Assembly: GCF_051535215.1 (NCBI RefSeq)
Contig: NZ_JBPPLY010000009.1
Span: forward strand, 67,417 to 131,416
Origin: Nitrobacter sp.
Lineage (GTDB): Bacteria > Pseudomonadota > Alphaproteobacteria > Rhizobiales > Xanthobacteraceae
Length of the DNA stretch: 64,000 nt
Direction of reading: 5' to 3'
The notes below the pieces were generated by a model. The model did not search any database. It saw only the letters and a program-made list of their open reading frames with translations, and was not told where the DNA came from. This document shows, piece by piece, positions 1-10,783 of this stretch (position 1 is its first letter; the number at the start of each line of letters is the position of its first letter). The translations under genes were made by a program, and so were the position numbers.

Positions 1-1
1 C

Positions 2-205
2 GCGGTGGCGGACTTCACGGCGTCTTATGATCTTGGCACGCACCTCGGCATCGAATCGGTGAAGGCGAGCATCTCGGTGCTCAACATCTTCGACCGCCGC
101 TATATCTCGGAAATCTCGCCGAACGACACGGACCTCAGTGCGGGCGCCAACTACTACGCCGGCGCGCCACGGACGGTGGTGGGGTCGCTCTCGATGAAAT
201 TCTGA
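2..205 (+). CDS. TonB-dependent receptor, C-terminal fragment (runs off left edge)
   Basis: Frame is open from the window edge; 'SVLNIFDRRY...YAGAPRTVVGSLSMKF' matches the TBDT C-terminal pattern (NLFD..Y, G.PR, terminal Phe beta-signal). Confidence 0.8.
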   Translation, partial: AVADFTASYDLGTHLGIESVKASISVLNIFDRRYISEISPNDTDLSAGANYYAGAPRTVVGSLSMKF

Positions 206-263
206 TGAAACGGCGCGCCGCGCGGGTAATGCGGGGCGCGCTGTTCCGATCCCCTGTGCCGGA

Positions 264-1346
264 TCAGGCGGCCGCCAGTGCCTTTTCAAGACGGGGCCGC
301 AGCACTGTCCCCATCAGGTTCAGCGAACGCTCGAGCAGCGGCAGCGGCAGGAAGCCGAAGAATGCGGAGAGCGCGTTGAGATAGGTCACGCCGAGTTCAT
401 CATGCAACGCCATGAACTTCTCGGCGCAGGTCTCCGGCGAGCCGGCGATCACCATGTCACGGTAGAAGTTCTCGGGTTCGAGACGCGCTTCATCGATCAC
501 GCCCTCGCGCCTGAACAGGCCGAAGCCCCTTAGCCGTGTGGTCAGCTTCTCGACGGTCGGCCACAATTCCTTGCGCGCCGACGCATCGGTCTCGCTGACA
601 TAGACGAAGCGTCCGAACGGAACGCCGGCCGGATCGCCGCCGGCGTCGACATAAGCGCGCATCAGCCGGCGCTGGTTCGGCATGCTGATGATGCCGTGGC
701 AGATGATCTTGTGCCCGTTCTGCGTCGCCCATGCGGCGGTCTCGTTGGTGTTGGTGCCGACATAGATCGGCGGGTGCGGTGTCTGGACCGGCTTCGGCTC
801 GATCGAGTGAACGGCATCGCCGAATGGAAGCGTGCCGGTCGCCCAGGCGCGAGGCAGGAATGTCAGCATATCCTTGAAATGGTCGGCGGTGCCTTCCGGC
901 TTGACGCCGTAGGCGTTGAGATAACGAGGGTTGTTGCCGCGGGAAATGCCGAGGTCGACGCGTCCGTCCGAGATCACATCGAGGGTCGCGATTTCCTCGG
1001 CAAGACGGACCGGATTGTGCAGCGCCGCCAGCAGCACGGAAAAGCCGACGCGCAGCCGTTTGGTGCGCGCCAGGATCGCGGACGCCAGGATCAGCGGGGA
1101 GTGGCAGCGTCGCCCCTCGACCTCCACAATGCTGCCCTGGAAGTGCTCCTCGTTGAGCCAGACCCCGGTGAAACCCAGCGCCTCGACCTTCTCGGCCAGA
1201 TCGAGAATCTCGGAGGTCGAAATCGATTCAAGGCCACCTCCGCAGCCGGACAGGCCGAGCTTGAAGGATCGTTCTGCATCGCCCGTATTGGATACCGGAC
1301 GAGCGATTTCCGGACCCACTGTTGACACGTCTACGCTGTCAGTCAT
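264..1346 (-). CDS. Luciferase-like (LLM class) flavin-dependent oxidoreductase
   Basis: Motifs 'GFTGVWLNEEHF', 'ILARTKRLRVG', 'HNPVRLAEEIATLDVISDGRVDLGISRG', 'IEPKPVQTPHPPIYVG'. Start moved to ATG 1346; the track extension to 1658 overlaps truA and reads as non-coding. Confidence 0.85.
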   Translation of the reverse strand: MTDSVDVSTVGPEIARPVSNTGDAERSFKLGLSGCGGGLESISTSEILDLAEKVEALGFTGVWLNEEHFQGSIVEVEGRRCHSPLILASAILARTKRLRVGFSVLLAALHNPVRLAEEIATLDVISDGRVDLGISRGNNPRYLNAYGVKPEGTADHFKDMLTFLPRAWATGTLPFGDAVHSIEPKPVQTPHPPIYVGTNTNETAAWATQNGHKIICHGIISMPNQRRLMRAYVDAGGDPAGVPFGRFVYVSETDASARKELWPTVEKLTTRLRGFGLFRREGVIDEARLEPENFYRDMVIAGSPETCAEKFMALHDELGVTYLNALSAFFGFLPLPLLERSLNLMGTVLRPRLEKALAAA

Positions 1347-1399
1347 CAGGATTGTCTCGCACGCGATTATTACGCGGCGAATGAGCGCCGTCGTATTCA

Positions 1400-1417
1400 A
1401 TATATACGCGTATATAT
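1400..1417. promoter_or_regulatory. Perfect 18-bp AT-rich palindrome ATATATACGCGTATATAT upstream of the LLM gene (candidate operator)
   Basis: Perfect inverted repeat 54 bp upstream of the LLM start, in a GC-rich genome. Confidence 0.55.
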
Positions 1418-1534
1418 AACAGGAGTCGCCCGGTAAGACAAAGCGATTAGGTGCGCAATAACGCCGCTTTTGCGGCGAAGCTGATGAAGACCCGCGCGAC
1501 CGGTACCTTGCGCGCGGCTGCCGGTTCGGGCGCC

Positions 1535-2272
1535 TTAATAGTCCACACGCGCCAGATACAATCCGTCGGGCGGCGCGACGGGACCGCAGGCCTCGCGGCG
1601 GCGCGCGGCCAGCGCGCTGGCGAGGTCGTCGGCGCTCCAGCGGCCATGTCCGACCCACACCAGTGATCCCACCATCGAGCGCACCTGACTGTGCAGGAAC
1701 GAGCGCGCCGAGGTAATGATGTTGACGTTGTCGCCGTTCCTGACGACGTCGAGCTGATCGAGCGTCTTCTCCGGCGATTTAGCCTGGCATTCGGTGTCGC
1801 GAAACGTCGTGAAGTCGTGCTTGCCGATCAGCCGCTGCGCCGCAGTATGCATCGCCTCGGCATCGAGAGGGCGCGGCACGCGCCAGACGCGGCCGACCTC
1901 GATGGCGAGGTTCGCGCGCCGATTGGCGATGCGATAGACGTAATGCCGCCTGAGCGCCGAGAAGCGCGCCTCGAAGCTGTCGGGCACGATCTCGGCTTCG
2001 AGCACCCCGATCGGATGCGGGCGAAGGTGCGCATTGAGTCCGTCGCGAAGCCGGTTCGGCGCGAAGTGCTTGGCGATATCGCAATGCGCCACCTGTACCA
2101 GCGCATGGACGCCGGCATCGGTACGGCCGGCGCCGTGCACGCGCACGTCGTTGCCGCAGATCGCCTTCACCGCCACCTCCAGCGCGCCCTGCACCGAGGG
2201 ACCGTTATCCTGGTATTGCCAGCCGCAGAACGGACCGCCGTCATATTCGATGGTGAGCTTGTAGCGGGGCAT
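1535..2272 (-). CDS. truA: tRNA pseudouridine(38-40) synthase
   Basis: '[13 protein letters not shown]', catalytic '[11 protein letters not shown]', '[12 protein letters not shown]', 'APPDGLYL'. Confidence 0.97.
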   Translation of the reverse strand: MPRYKLTIEYDGGPFCGWQYQDNGPSVQGALEVAVKAICGNDVRVHGAGRTDAGVHALVQVAHCDIAKHFAPNRLRDGLNAHLRPHPIGVLEAEIVPDSFEARFSALRRHYVYRIANRRANLAIEVGRVWRVPRPLDAEAMHTAAQRLIGKHDFTTFRDTECQAKSPEKTLDQLDVVRNGDNVNIITSARSFLHSQVRSMVGSLVWVGHGRWSADDLASALAARRREACGPVAPPDGLYLARVDY

Positions 2273-3204
2273 CAGATGAGCCGCGTGGGCGGCTGAAGCG
2301 GCGTACCGTTCAGAAAGGCGTCGGCCTTCATTGGCGGCTTTCCCGCGCGCTGCAATTCAAGAACGCGGATCGCACCAATCCTGCATGCGATGGTCAACCG
2401 GCTGTCAAGCAATTCGCCGGGTTCGCCAGCACCCTTTGCCAGTTCGCAGCGCAGGATCTTCACGCGTACCTGGTCGCCGTCGAGCGGCATCTCGCACCAG
2501 GCGCCCGGAAACGGCGACAGACCATGAATGTGGCGCAGCACGTCGCGCGCAGCTCTGTTCCAGTCGATCCGCGCCTCAGCCTTGTCGATCTTGGCGGCGT
2601 AGGTGACGCCGTCGTCGCTCTGCTTTTTCAATTGCAATTCGCCGTGCGCCAGCGCGGTCATCGCGCGCACCATGAGATCGGCCCCGAGCGGCGCCAGCGC
2701 GTCATGGAGGTCCGACGCCGTCATCGCATCGGTCACCGCGATCCGCTCGGTCATGGCCACGCCGCCGGTGTCGAGGCCGGCGTCCATCTTCATGACCATG
2801 ACGCCGCTTTCAATGTCGCCGGCCATGATGGCGCGGTTGATCGGGGCGGCGCCGCGCCAGCGCGGCAGCAGCGAGGCATGCAGATTGTAGCAGCCGTATC
2901 GCGGCGCATCGAGGACCGCCTGCGGCAGGATCATGCCATAGGCGACGACCACGGCGGCGTCCGCTCCGTGAGAGCGGAATTCGGCCAGCGCATCCGGCGT
3001 TTTCAGCGTCTTCGGCGTCAGCACCGGAATGCCGAGGCGATGCGCTTCCCGCTCAACCGGGCTCGGTTGCAGCTTCATGCCGCGGCCTGCAGGTCTTGCC
3101 TCGCGGGTGTATACGGCGGCGATCTCATGGCCATCGGCAACGAGATGCAGCAGGGTTGGCACCGCGAAATCCGGCGTGCCCATGAAGATCAGGCGAAGCG
3201 GCAT
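2272..3204 (-). CDS. fmt: Methionyl-tRNA formyltransferase
   Basis: '[14 protein letters not shown]', '[21 protein letters not shown]', 'MDAGLDTG'; lies between def and truA. Confidence 0.97.
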   Translation of the reverse strand: MPLRLIFMGTPDFAVPTLLHLVADGHEIAAVYTREARPAGRGMKLQPSPVEREAHRLGIPVLTPKTLKTPDALAEFRSHGADAAVVVAYGMILPQAVLDAPRYGCYNLHASLLPRWRGAAPINRAIMAGDIESGVMVMKMDAGLDTGGVAMTERIAVTDAMTASDLHDALAPLGADLMVRAMTALAHGELQLKKQSDDGVTYAAKIDKAEARIDWNRAARDVLRHIHGLSPFPGAWCEMPLDGDQVRVKILRCELAKGAGEPGELLDSRLTIACRIGAIRVLELQRAGKPPMKADAFLNGTPLQPPTRLI

Positions 3205-3235
3205 TTTCTGAATTCGTACGCGGTGATAGCCCGCC

Positions 3236-3763
3236 CTATTTCGTAGCGAGCTTGGCAGCCTTGGTGAACTTCTTCAGCACGCGGTCACGTTTCAGCTTCG
3301 AGAGGTGATCGACAAACAGCACGCCGTTGAGGTGGTCGATCTCGTGCTGGATGCAGGTGGCGAAAAGACCCTCGGCATCCTCCTCGTGCACCTTGCCGTC
3401 GAGATCGGTAAAGCGGATCCGCACACGCGCCGGCCGTTCGACCTCCTCGTAATATTCGGGGATCGACAGGCAGCCCTCTTCATAGACCGAGAGTTCCTCG
3501 GATGCCGACAGGATTTCCGGGTTGATGAAGACGCGCGGCCGCGGGGTGAGTTCGCCCTCCTCGTCGCGCCGGGCGAGGTCCATGGTGATGATGCGGACGG
3601 GCTGCGCGATCTGGATGCCGGCGAGCCCGATGCCCGGCGCGTCATACATGGTCTCGAACATGTCGTCGGCGAGTTTGCGGACTTCCGGCGTGACTTTTTC
3701 GATCGGCCTGGAAACGAGGCGCAACTGCTTGTCCGGCAGGATGATTATTTCGCGAAGGGCCAT
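3236..3763 (-). CDS. def: Peptide deformylase
   Basis: Motifs GIGLAG(I)[15 protein letters not shown]; start placed at MALREII. Confidence 0.97.
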   Translation of the reverse strand: MALREIIILPDKQLRLVSRPIEKVTPEVRKLADDMFETMYDAPGIGLAGIQIAQPVRIITMDLARRDEEGELTPRPRVFINPEILSASEELSVYEEGCLSIPEYYEEVERPARVRIRFTDLDGKVHEEDAEGLFATCIQHEIDHLNGVLFVDHLSKLKRDRVLKKFTKAAKLATK

Positions 3764-3914
3764 AGCGGGCGATGTAATCCCACGGTCTGTCGGGGTCAAT
3801 CCGTGCGTTGGCGGCCGTCAAACCGTTGATTGGCGAAAAAAAACGCAGCTTTTCGCTCTCTTATAACGTTCCCTTTTCGTTCGCGCTAGCCGCCGAATCG
3901 GGTAAAAAGACCGG

Positions 3915-5129
3915 ATGAACGACATCCTTTTCATGCTGGGCGACGTGCCGGTGCGGACCGGAGCGGTGCTGATCGGCTTCGGCGCACTGGCGCTTTTGCT
4001 GCTGCTGGTCATCGCGATTGTGATCGCACGGTCGGGCCGCCGGGGGACCGATATGGCGATGGCGCAGGCGAGCCGCGCCGACGAGCTGGAGGAACGTCTT
4101 ATCGACATGATGCGCACGCAGGCCGAGATGACCGGTCGCGTCGACGCCATGGGCAAGGCGCTCGCCGGCCGGCAGGCGGAGATGGCGCGGGCGGTCAGCG
4201 ACCGGCTCGACGCGGTCACCCACCGGGTCGGGCAGTCGATGGAGCAGACCACGCGCAACACCATGGACAGCCTGCGGGTGCTGCACGAACGGCTCGGCAT
4301 TATCGACAACGCGCACCAGAACCTGACCGAACTGACGACGCAGGTGACGACGCTGCGCGATGTGCTCGCCAACAAGCAGTCGCGCGGCGCATTCGGTCAG
4401 GCGCGGATGGAAGCGATCGTGCAGGACGGCATGCCGAAAGACTCGTTTGCCTTCCAGTACACGCTGTCGAACGGCAAGCGGCCGGACTGTGTGATCTTCC
4501 TTCCCGACCAGCGGCCGCTCTGCATCGACGCGAAATTCCCACTGGAGGCGATGACGGCGCTGCACGACGCCCGCAACGACGACGAAAGGAAATTCGCAAG
4601 CCAGCGGTTGCGCGCCGACGTCATGAAACACGTCGCCGACATCGCCGGCAAATACCTGATCCCCGGCGAGACCCAGGACAACGCGCTGATGTTCGTGCCG
4701 TCCGAGTCGGTCTATGCCGAGATCTACGACGCCTTCGATGACGTGATCCAGAAGGCGTATCGCGCCCGGGTCGTGCTGGTGTCGCCGTCGCTCCTGATGC
4801 TGGCGATCCAGGTGATGCAGCAGCTTCTCAAGGACGCGCGGATGCGCGATGCCGCGGACAAGGTCCGGATCGAAGTCATGAACATGATGGGCGACGTCGA
4901 GCGGCTGCGCGATCGCGTCAGCAAGCTTGGCAGCCATTTCGATCAGGTCAGCGAGGACGTCAGGCAGGTGCTGATCTCGGTCGGCAAGATCGGCAAGCGC
5001 GCGACAAAGATCGAAGAGCTCGATTTCAGCAAGGACGAGGTGGCCGCGGAGACTCAGCGGGTCACCAAGGCCGGCGAACCGGAAATGTTTCCGCCGCGAC
5101 TCGCCCCGAAAATCCAGGCGGGGGAGTAA
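3915..5129 (+). CDS. rmuC: DNA recombination protein RmuC family
   Basis: N-terminal TM and coiled coil, 'NKQSRGAFG', 'RPDCVIFLP', 'IDAKFP', 'MFVPSESVYAE', 'VSPSLL'. Confidence 0.93.
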   Translation: MNDILFMLGDVPVRTGAVLIGFGALALLLLLVIAIVIARSGRRGTDMAMAQASRADELEERLIDMMRTQAEMTGRVDAMGKALAGRQAEMARAVSDRLDAVTHRVGQSMEQTTRNTMDSLRVLHERLGIIDNAHQNLTELTTQVTTLRDVLANKQSRGAFGQARMEAIVQDGMPKDSFAFQYTLSNGKRPDCVIFLPDQRPLCIDAKFPLEAMTALHDARNDDERKFASQRLRADVMKHVADIAGKYLIPGETQDNALMFVPSESVYAEIYDAFDDVIQKAYRARVVLVSPSLLMLAIQVMQQLLKDARMRDAADKVRIEVMNMMGDVERLRDRVSKLGSHFDQVSEDVRQVLISVGKIGKRATKIEELDFSKDEVAAETQRVTKAGEPEMFPPRLAPKIQAGE

Positions 5130-5182
5130 GCTTTCGTGGATTTTCCCATAAGGGGAGAAGCAGAATCTGCTAGCACAGCGGC

Positions 5183-6544
5183 ATGACCGCTCCGGACGCC
5201 GCCGCCACGACGAAGCCATCCGACACCGCGCCGCGTGCCTCATGGCGCGAGAGCATCGCGGTCTATCTGCAACCGCGCGTCCTCATCGTGATGCTGCTGG
5301 GCTTCTCGTCCGGCCTGCCGCTGGCGCTGTCGGGCTCGACGCTGCAGATATGGATGAAGGAATCCGGCATCGACCTGCGCGCCATCGGACTTTTCGTTCT
5401 GGTCGGCACGCCCTATACGCTGAAGTTCCTCTGGGCGCCGCTGGTCGATGCCTTGCACATTCCGCTTTTGACGCGGCGTTTCGGTCGCCGCCGCGGCTGG
5501 CTCGTGTTCTCGCAAATGCTCCTGATTGCAACGATCCTGCTCCTGGGATCGACCGATCCGGTGCGGGCGCCATGGCTGGTCGCGCTCGGCGCGGTGCTGG
5601 TGGCGGCGACATCGGCGACGCAGGACATCGTGGTCGACGCCTTTCGCGTCGAGAGCCTGCCGGAAAGCGAACAGGCCGCCGGCATGGCGGGTTATGTCGC
5701 CGCCTATCGCATCGGCATGCTGGTCTCGACCGCCGGCGCTCTCTTTCTCGTCAGCGCGTTCGAAGGGACAGGGCTGGTCCGCGCCTCGGCGTGGACGTGG
5801 GGCTATGTCAGCATGGCGGCGATGGTCCTGATCGGAACTGTCACCGCACTGGCGGCTACCGAGCCCGAGCAATCCGCGCAGGCCGAAGCTTCGACGGCGG
5901 CGCAAACCGCAGTCACGCGCGTGATGCAGGCCGCGGTCGGCGCATTTTCGGAATTCCTGAGCCGCAAGGATGCGATCGCCGCACTCGCCTTTATCGTGCT
6001 GTTCAAGTTCACCGACGCGTTCTCCGGCAGCATGACCGCGCCGTTCGTCATCGATCTCGGCTTCACCCGCAATGACTATGCCGCCATCGTCAAGGGTGTC
6101 GGCTTGGCCGCGACGCTGATCGGCGGTTTCGCAGGTGGCTTCGTAGCGCGGCGCTATTCGCTGTCGGCCAGCCTGTGGATCGGCGGCGTCTTGCAGGCGG
6201 TCGCCAACCTGTCGTTCTCCTGGCTGGCGCTGGTCGGCGTCAATCAATGGGCGCTGGCGGTCGCGATTACCGCGGAAAATTTCACCAGCGCCATCGGCAC
6301 GGTGATCTTCGTCGCCTATCTCTCGGCGCTGTGCCGCAATCCGCTGCACACCGCCACCCAATATGCCCTGCTCACGGCGTTGGCCGCGGTCGGCCGGACC
6401 TATCTGTCCGCAAGCGCCGGCTTCGTCGCCGAGGCGACCGGATGGCCGCTGTTCTTCGCGATCTGCGTCGTTGCGGCGGTGCCGAGCCTGATCCTGCTTG
6501 GCTGGCTGCAGCGGCGCGGGCACTTTGCCGCGCTGCAGACCTGA
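5183..6544 (+). CDS. ampG: AmpG-family muropeptide MFS transporter
   Basis: 'LGFSSGLP', 'KFLWAPLVD', 'SATQDIVVDAFRVE', 'ATQYALL' are typical of AmpG; about 12 hydrophobic segments. Confidence 0.85.
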   Translation: MTAPDAAATTKPSDTAPRASWRESIAVYLQPRVLIVMLLGFSSGLPLALSGSTLQIWMKESGIDLRAIGLFVLVGTPYTLKFLWAPLVDALHIPLLTRRFGRRRGWLVFSQMLLIATILLLGSTDPVRAPWLVALGAVLVAATSATQDIVVDAFRVESLPESEQAAGMAGYVAAYRIGMLVSTAGALFLVSAFEGTGLVRASAWTWGYVSMAAMVLIGTVTALAATEPEQSAQAEASTAAQTAVTRVMQAAVGAFSEFLSRKDAIAALAFIVLFKFTDAFSGSMTAPFVIDLGFTRNDYAAIVKGVGLAATLIGGFAGGFVARRYSLSASLWIGGVLQAVANLSFSWLALVGVNQWALAVAITAENFTSAIGTVIFVAYLSALCRNPLHTATQYALLTALAAVGRTYLSASAGFVAEATGWPLFFAICVVAAVPSLILLGWLQRRGHFAALQT

Positions 6545-6577
6545 GCGGCGGGAGGCGGGCAGGGCGGGATTGAAGAT

Positions 6578-7444
6578 CTATCTGCGGAGCATATCCTTCG
6601 CCGCGATCAATCCGCCGCCCGCGATCAGGACCGCCGCGCCGGCGAGCGTTGCTGTCGGTTTGGCAAACCCCGCCAGTATCAGGAACGTGGTCGACAGCAG
6701 CGGCGTCGCATAGGCGGCCGCGCCGAGCACGCGAATGTCGCCGCGCTTCATGCCGATGTCCCAGACATAGAAGGCGAGGCCGACCGGGCCGACGCCGAGC
6801 GCGGCGATCGCAAGCCATTGCGTGCCGCTGTCCGGCCACACCGTCGGTTCCGCAAACTCATGCGTGATCGCCGCCAATGCCGCCGTCGCGAGGCAGAAGC
6901 CGGCGACCGCATCCGTCGGAACCGTGGCCAGCCGCCGCGACAGTACGGAATATGCCGCCCAGACGAACGCCGCGACGAACGCGGCCGCAAGCCCCCGGAT
7001 CTGGGTTGGTTCGAACGTGATTGAGGTGTTGCCGGCGACCAGAAGGACCGTTCCGGCGAGCCCGAGAAGTGCACCGATCAGATGATGCGGCGCCAGTCGC
7101 TCGCCCGGCAGCAACGACGAAAACAGCACGATCAACAGCGGCCAGAGATAGTTCAAAAGGCCCGCCTCGGCGGGCGGCGCCAGGCGCAGCGCGATGAAAT
7201 ACAGCGCGTGATAGCCGAACAGTCCGCCGACCCCGACGAGCCACGCGACCGGCGGCTGCCGCAATGCGCGGATGCCCTGGGGTCGAAACAGCCAGCTCGC
7301 GCAGCCGGAAAGGCCGCCGATCGCAAACGTCATCGCCGCCAGTTGGAATGCGGGAATGCGCCCGGTCGCGACCGCCATGACCGCGAGCAGCGACCACATC
7401 AGGATGGCGGTGAGGCCAATGAGCGTGGCGGTGCGGGAGGTCAT
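6578..7444 (-). CDS. DMT/EamA-family transporter (YddG-like)
   Basis: About 10 TM segments; 'APPAEAGLLNYLWPLLIVLFS', 'WDIGMKRGDIRVLG'. Start placed at MTSRTAT because the upstream track extension lies inside a repeat. Confidence 0.85.
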   Translation of the reverse strand: MTSRTATLIGLTAILMWSLLAVMAVATGRIPAFQLAAMTFAIGGLSGCASWLFRPQGIRALRQPPVAWLVGVGGLFGYHALYFIALRLAPPAEAGLLNYLWPLLIVLFSSLLPGERLAPHHLIGALLGLAGTVLLVAGNTSITFEPTQIRGLAAAFVAAFVWAAYSVLSRRLATVPTDAVAGFCLATAALAAITHEFAEPTVWPDSGTQWLAIAALGVGPVGLAFYVWDIGMKRGDIRVLGAAAYATPLLSTTFLILAGFAKPTATLAGAAVLIAGGGLIAAKDMLRR

Positions 7445-7457
7445 GGAAAACTTCTCT

Positions 7458-7609
7458 GTCGTGGCCGGGCTAAAGCGCGAAGCGCGTCTTCGCGCAGATA
7501 TTCCGGCCATCCACGTCTTTTCCGTCGGAATGTTTGAAAGACATGGATGCCCGGCACATAGGCTAGCGAAGCGACGACGTTCTTCGAACGGCTATCGCCG
7601 GGCATGACG
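7458..7609. repeat. CGTC-type REP doublet with a different hairpin insert in each arm
   Basis: GTCGTGGCCGGGC...CCGGCCATCCACGTC...ATGGATGCCCGG...GCCGGGCATGACG; homologous to 24128-24238 and 56546-56636. Confidence 0.8.
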
Positions 7610-7685
7610 GCTTGCTGTCAACAGTTTCAACGATCTGCGGGAATCACGCGCTTTACGCGCGCGTTTTTTTTCACGGTAGGCGCGC

Positions 7686-8411
7686 TCATGCCAGATATTG
7701 CCCGCCATTGATGCTCAGCGTCGATCCGGTGATGAAACCGGCGTCGTCGGAGGCAAGGAACACCACCGCGCGCGCGATCTCCTCGGGCTCGCCGAGGCGA
7801 CTCGCCGGGATCTGCGGCAGGATGCTTTTCTCGATGACGTCTTTCGGCACCGCCTGCACCATTTCGGTGTTGATGTAGCCCGGGCAGATCGCGTTCACAG
7901 TGATTCCGGTCTTGGCGTTTTCCAGCGCCAAGGCCTTGGTGAAGCCGATGTCGCCGGCCTTCGCCGCCGAATAGTTCACCTGGCCGAACTGACCCTTCTG
8001 GCCGTTGACCGACGAAATGTTAATGATGCGGCCAAACTTGCGCGCGCGCATGCCCTCGATCACCGGCCGCGTCATGTTGAACAGCGAACCGAGGTTGGTG
8101 TTGATGACGGCGCTCCACTGCTCGAGCGTCATCTTGTGGAAGGCGCCATCTTTGGTGATGCCGGCATTGTTGACGAGCACCTCGACGGGACCGAGTTCAG
8201 CCTCGACCTTCCTGACGCCGTCCGCGCAGGCCTCGAAGGAGGCGACGTCCCACTTGTAGACGGGGATGCCGGTCTCCGCCTTGAATTTCTCCGCCGCAGC
8301 ATCGTTGCCCGCGTAACTCGCGCCGACCATATATCCAGCCGCTTTCAGCGCCTTGCTGATCGCGCCGCCGATGCCCCGCGTTCCTCCCGTCACCAGTGCC
8401 ACTCGTGCCAT
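7686..8411 (-). CDS. phbB: Acetoacetyl-CoA reductase (PHB synthesis)
   Basis: SDR motifs 'TGGTRGIG', 'NNAGIT', 'GQKGQFGQVNYSAAKAG'; directly downstream of the thiolase. Confidence 0.95.
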   Translation of the reverse strand: MARVALVTGGTRGIGGAISKALKAAGYMVGASYAGNDAAAEKFKAETGIPVYKWDVASFEACADGVRKVEAELGPVEVLVNNAGITKDGAFHKMTLEQWSAVINTNLGSLFNMTRPVIEGMRARKFGRIINISSVNGQKGQFGQVNYSAAKAGDIGFTKALALENAKTGITVNAICPGYINTEMVQAVPKDVIEKSILPQIPASRLGEPEEIARAVVFLASDDAGFITGSTLSINGGQYLA

Positions 8412-8472
8412 TGCGTCGTTCTCCCTGAGAGCAAACCGGAATCGTCACGGCCGTTGGAAAGAGCTTGCAGAT

Positions 8473-8500
8473 TAAAAATGCCCGGCTTGTGACCGGGCAT
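8473..8500 (-). terminator. Intrinsic terminator between phbA and phbB
   Basis: On the minus strand an 8-bp stem ATGCCCGG/CCGGGCAT with a 7-nt loop is followed by a T tract. Confidence 0.6.
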
Positions 8501-8554
8501 TCCGTCGTCAATCAACTGCGGTGAGCTAACGTCATTTGGAGCGTCCGCCGCCGC

Positions 8555-9733
<1,179 letters not shown>

Positions 9734-10031
9734 GGATATCTCCTGGAGCTTGAGCGACTGGCTGGTTGAATATTTGACGATGGTTGCCGCGCCGGCAACC
9801 CGTGGCACACGTTTACCCTGTTAACCTCACGAGAGTGTGTCAATTGCACCAATGACCGGAATGCGTGCCCAAGCATATTCCTGAGCAGTCTCTATGCGTT
9901 GGAATTAACTGGTTCTTCATAAAACGGTAGCCGAAGGCCGCCGAAAGTGCTTACTTTGCTGCAATGCGCTTGTTAACCCCATCGTGGACGCCGGCGGGGT
10001 TTCTTGTCCTCTGTATGGACGTGTGGGACCT

Positions 10032-10628
10032 ATGGCGAAATCAGAGACACCGACGACCATCAAGAAATATGCGAACCGGAGGCTCTATAATACCGGAACC
10101 AGCACCTATGTGACGCTCGAAGATCTCGCGGCGATGGTCAAGCAGGGCGAAGACTTCCTTGTCTTCGACGCCAAGACCGGCGACGACATCACCCGCTCGG
10201 TGCTGGCGCAGATCATTTTCGAACAGGAAAACAAGGCCGGACAAAATCTGCTCCCGACCACGTTCCTGCGGCAACTGATCCGGTTCTATGGCGACAGCAT
10301 GCAGATGGTGGTGCCGAAATATCTCGAACGATCGATCGACATGCTCACCCAGGAGCAGGAGAAGTTTCGCAAGCAGATGACAAGCACTTTCAGCGGCACC
10401 CCTTTCGCGCCGCTCGAGGAGCACGTCCGCCGCAACATGGAATTGTTCGAGCGGACCTTCGCGATGTTCAAGCCGTTCGTGCCGCCGCGCGGTGGCAGTG
10501 CCGCTCCCGAGCCGGAAAAAACACCCGATGCACCGGGCGACGGCGACAATATCGATGACCTTCGCCGTCAGATGAAAGAAATGCAGGAACGGCTCGAACG
10601 GATGTCGAAAGAGCCGAAGAAGGAGTAG
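10032..10628 (+). CDS. phaR: Polyhydroxyalkanoate synthesis repressor
   Basis: 'IKKYANRRLYNTGTSTYVTLEDL', 'TGDDITRSVLAQIIFEQE', 'FLRQLIRFYGDSMQ'; divergent from phbA. Confidence 0.95.
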   Translation: MAKSETPTTIKKYANRRLYNTGTSTYVTLEDLAAMVKQGEDFLVFDAKTGDDITRSVLAQIIFEQENKAGQNLLPTTFLRQLIRFYGDSMQMVVPKYLERSIDMLTQEQEKFRKQMTSTFSGTPFAPLEEHVRRNMELFERTFAMFKPFVPPRGGSAAPEPEKTPDAPGDGDNIDDLRRQMKEMQERLERMSKEPKKE

Positions 10629-10692
10629 GCCTCGCGGCGCTTTCGCCCGTTTTCTCGTCTGGCGCCATCGGTGCGAGAGTTTTCCCGACGGG

Positions 10693-10774
10693 CTCCGGAT
10701 TCTTGACGCGTTGTCTTTGCGCGAACCGGTATCCGTCCTCGGTCAGTCCCGAGGATGGACTTGCTCAAAACGCT
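10693..10774 (+). repeat. RIME-like intergenic element, family 1 (with internal hairpin insert)
   Basis: TGACGCGTT..CGCGAACCGGTATCC[gtcctcggtcagtcccgaggatggac]TTGCTCAAAACGCT; homologues at 12390, 28861, 45418, 54673 and 57846. Confidence 0.75.
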
Positions 10775-10783
10775 GTTGCCCGC

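Noticed and set aside
9940-9975. PhaR operator in the phbA/phaR divergent region (TTGCTGCAATGCG)
   Set aside because: Biologically expected, but only a partial TGC-N-GCA match; too weak to call from sequence alone.
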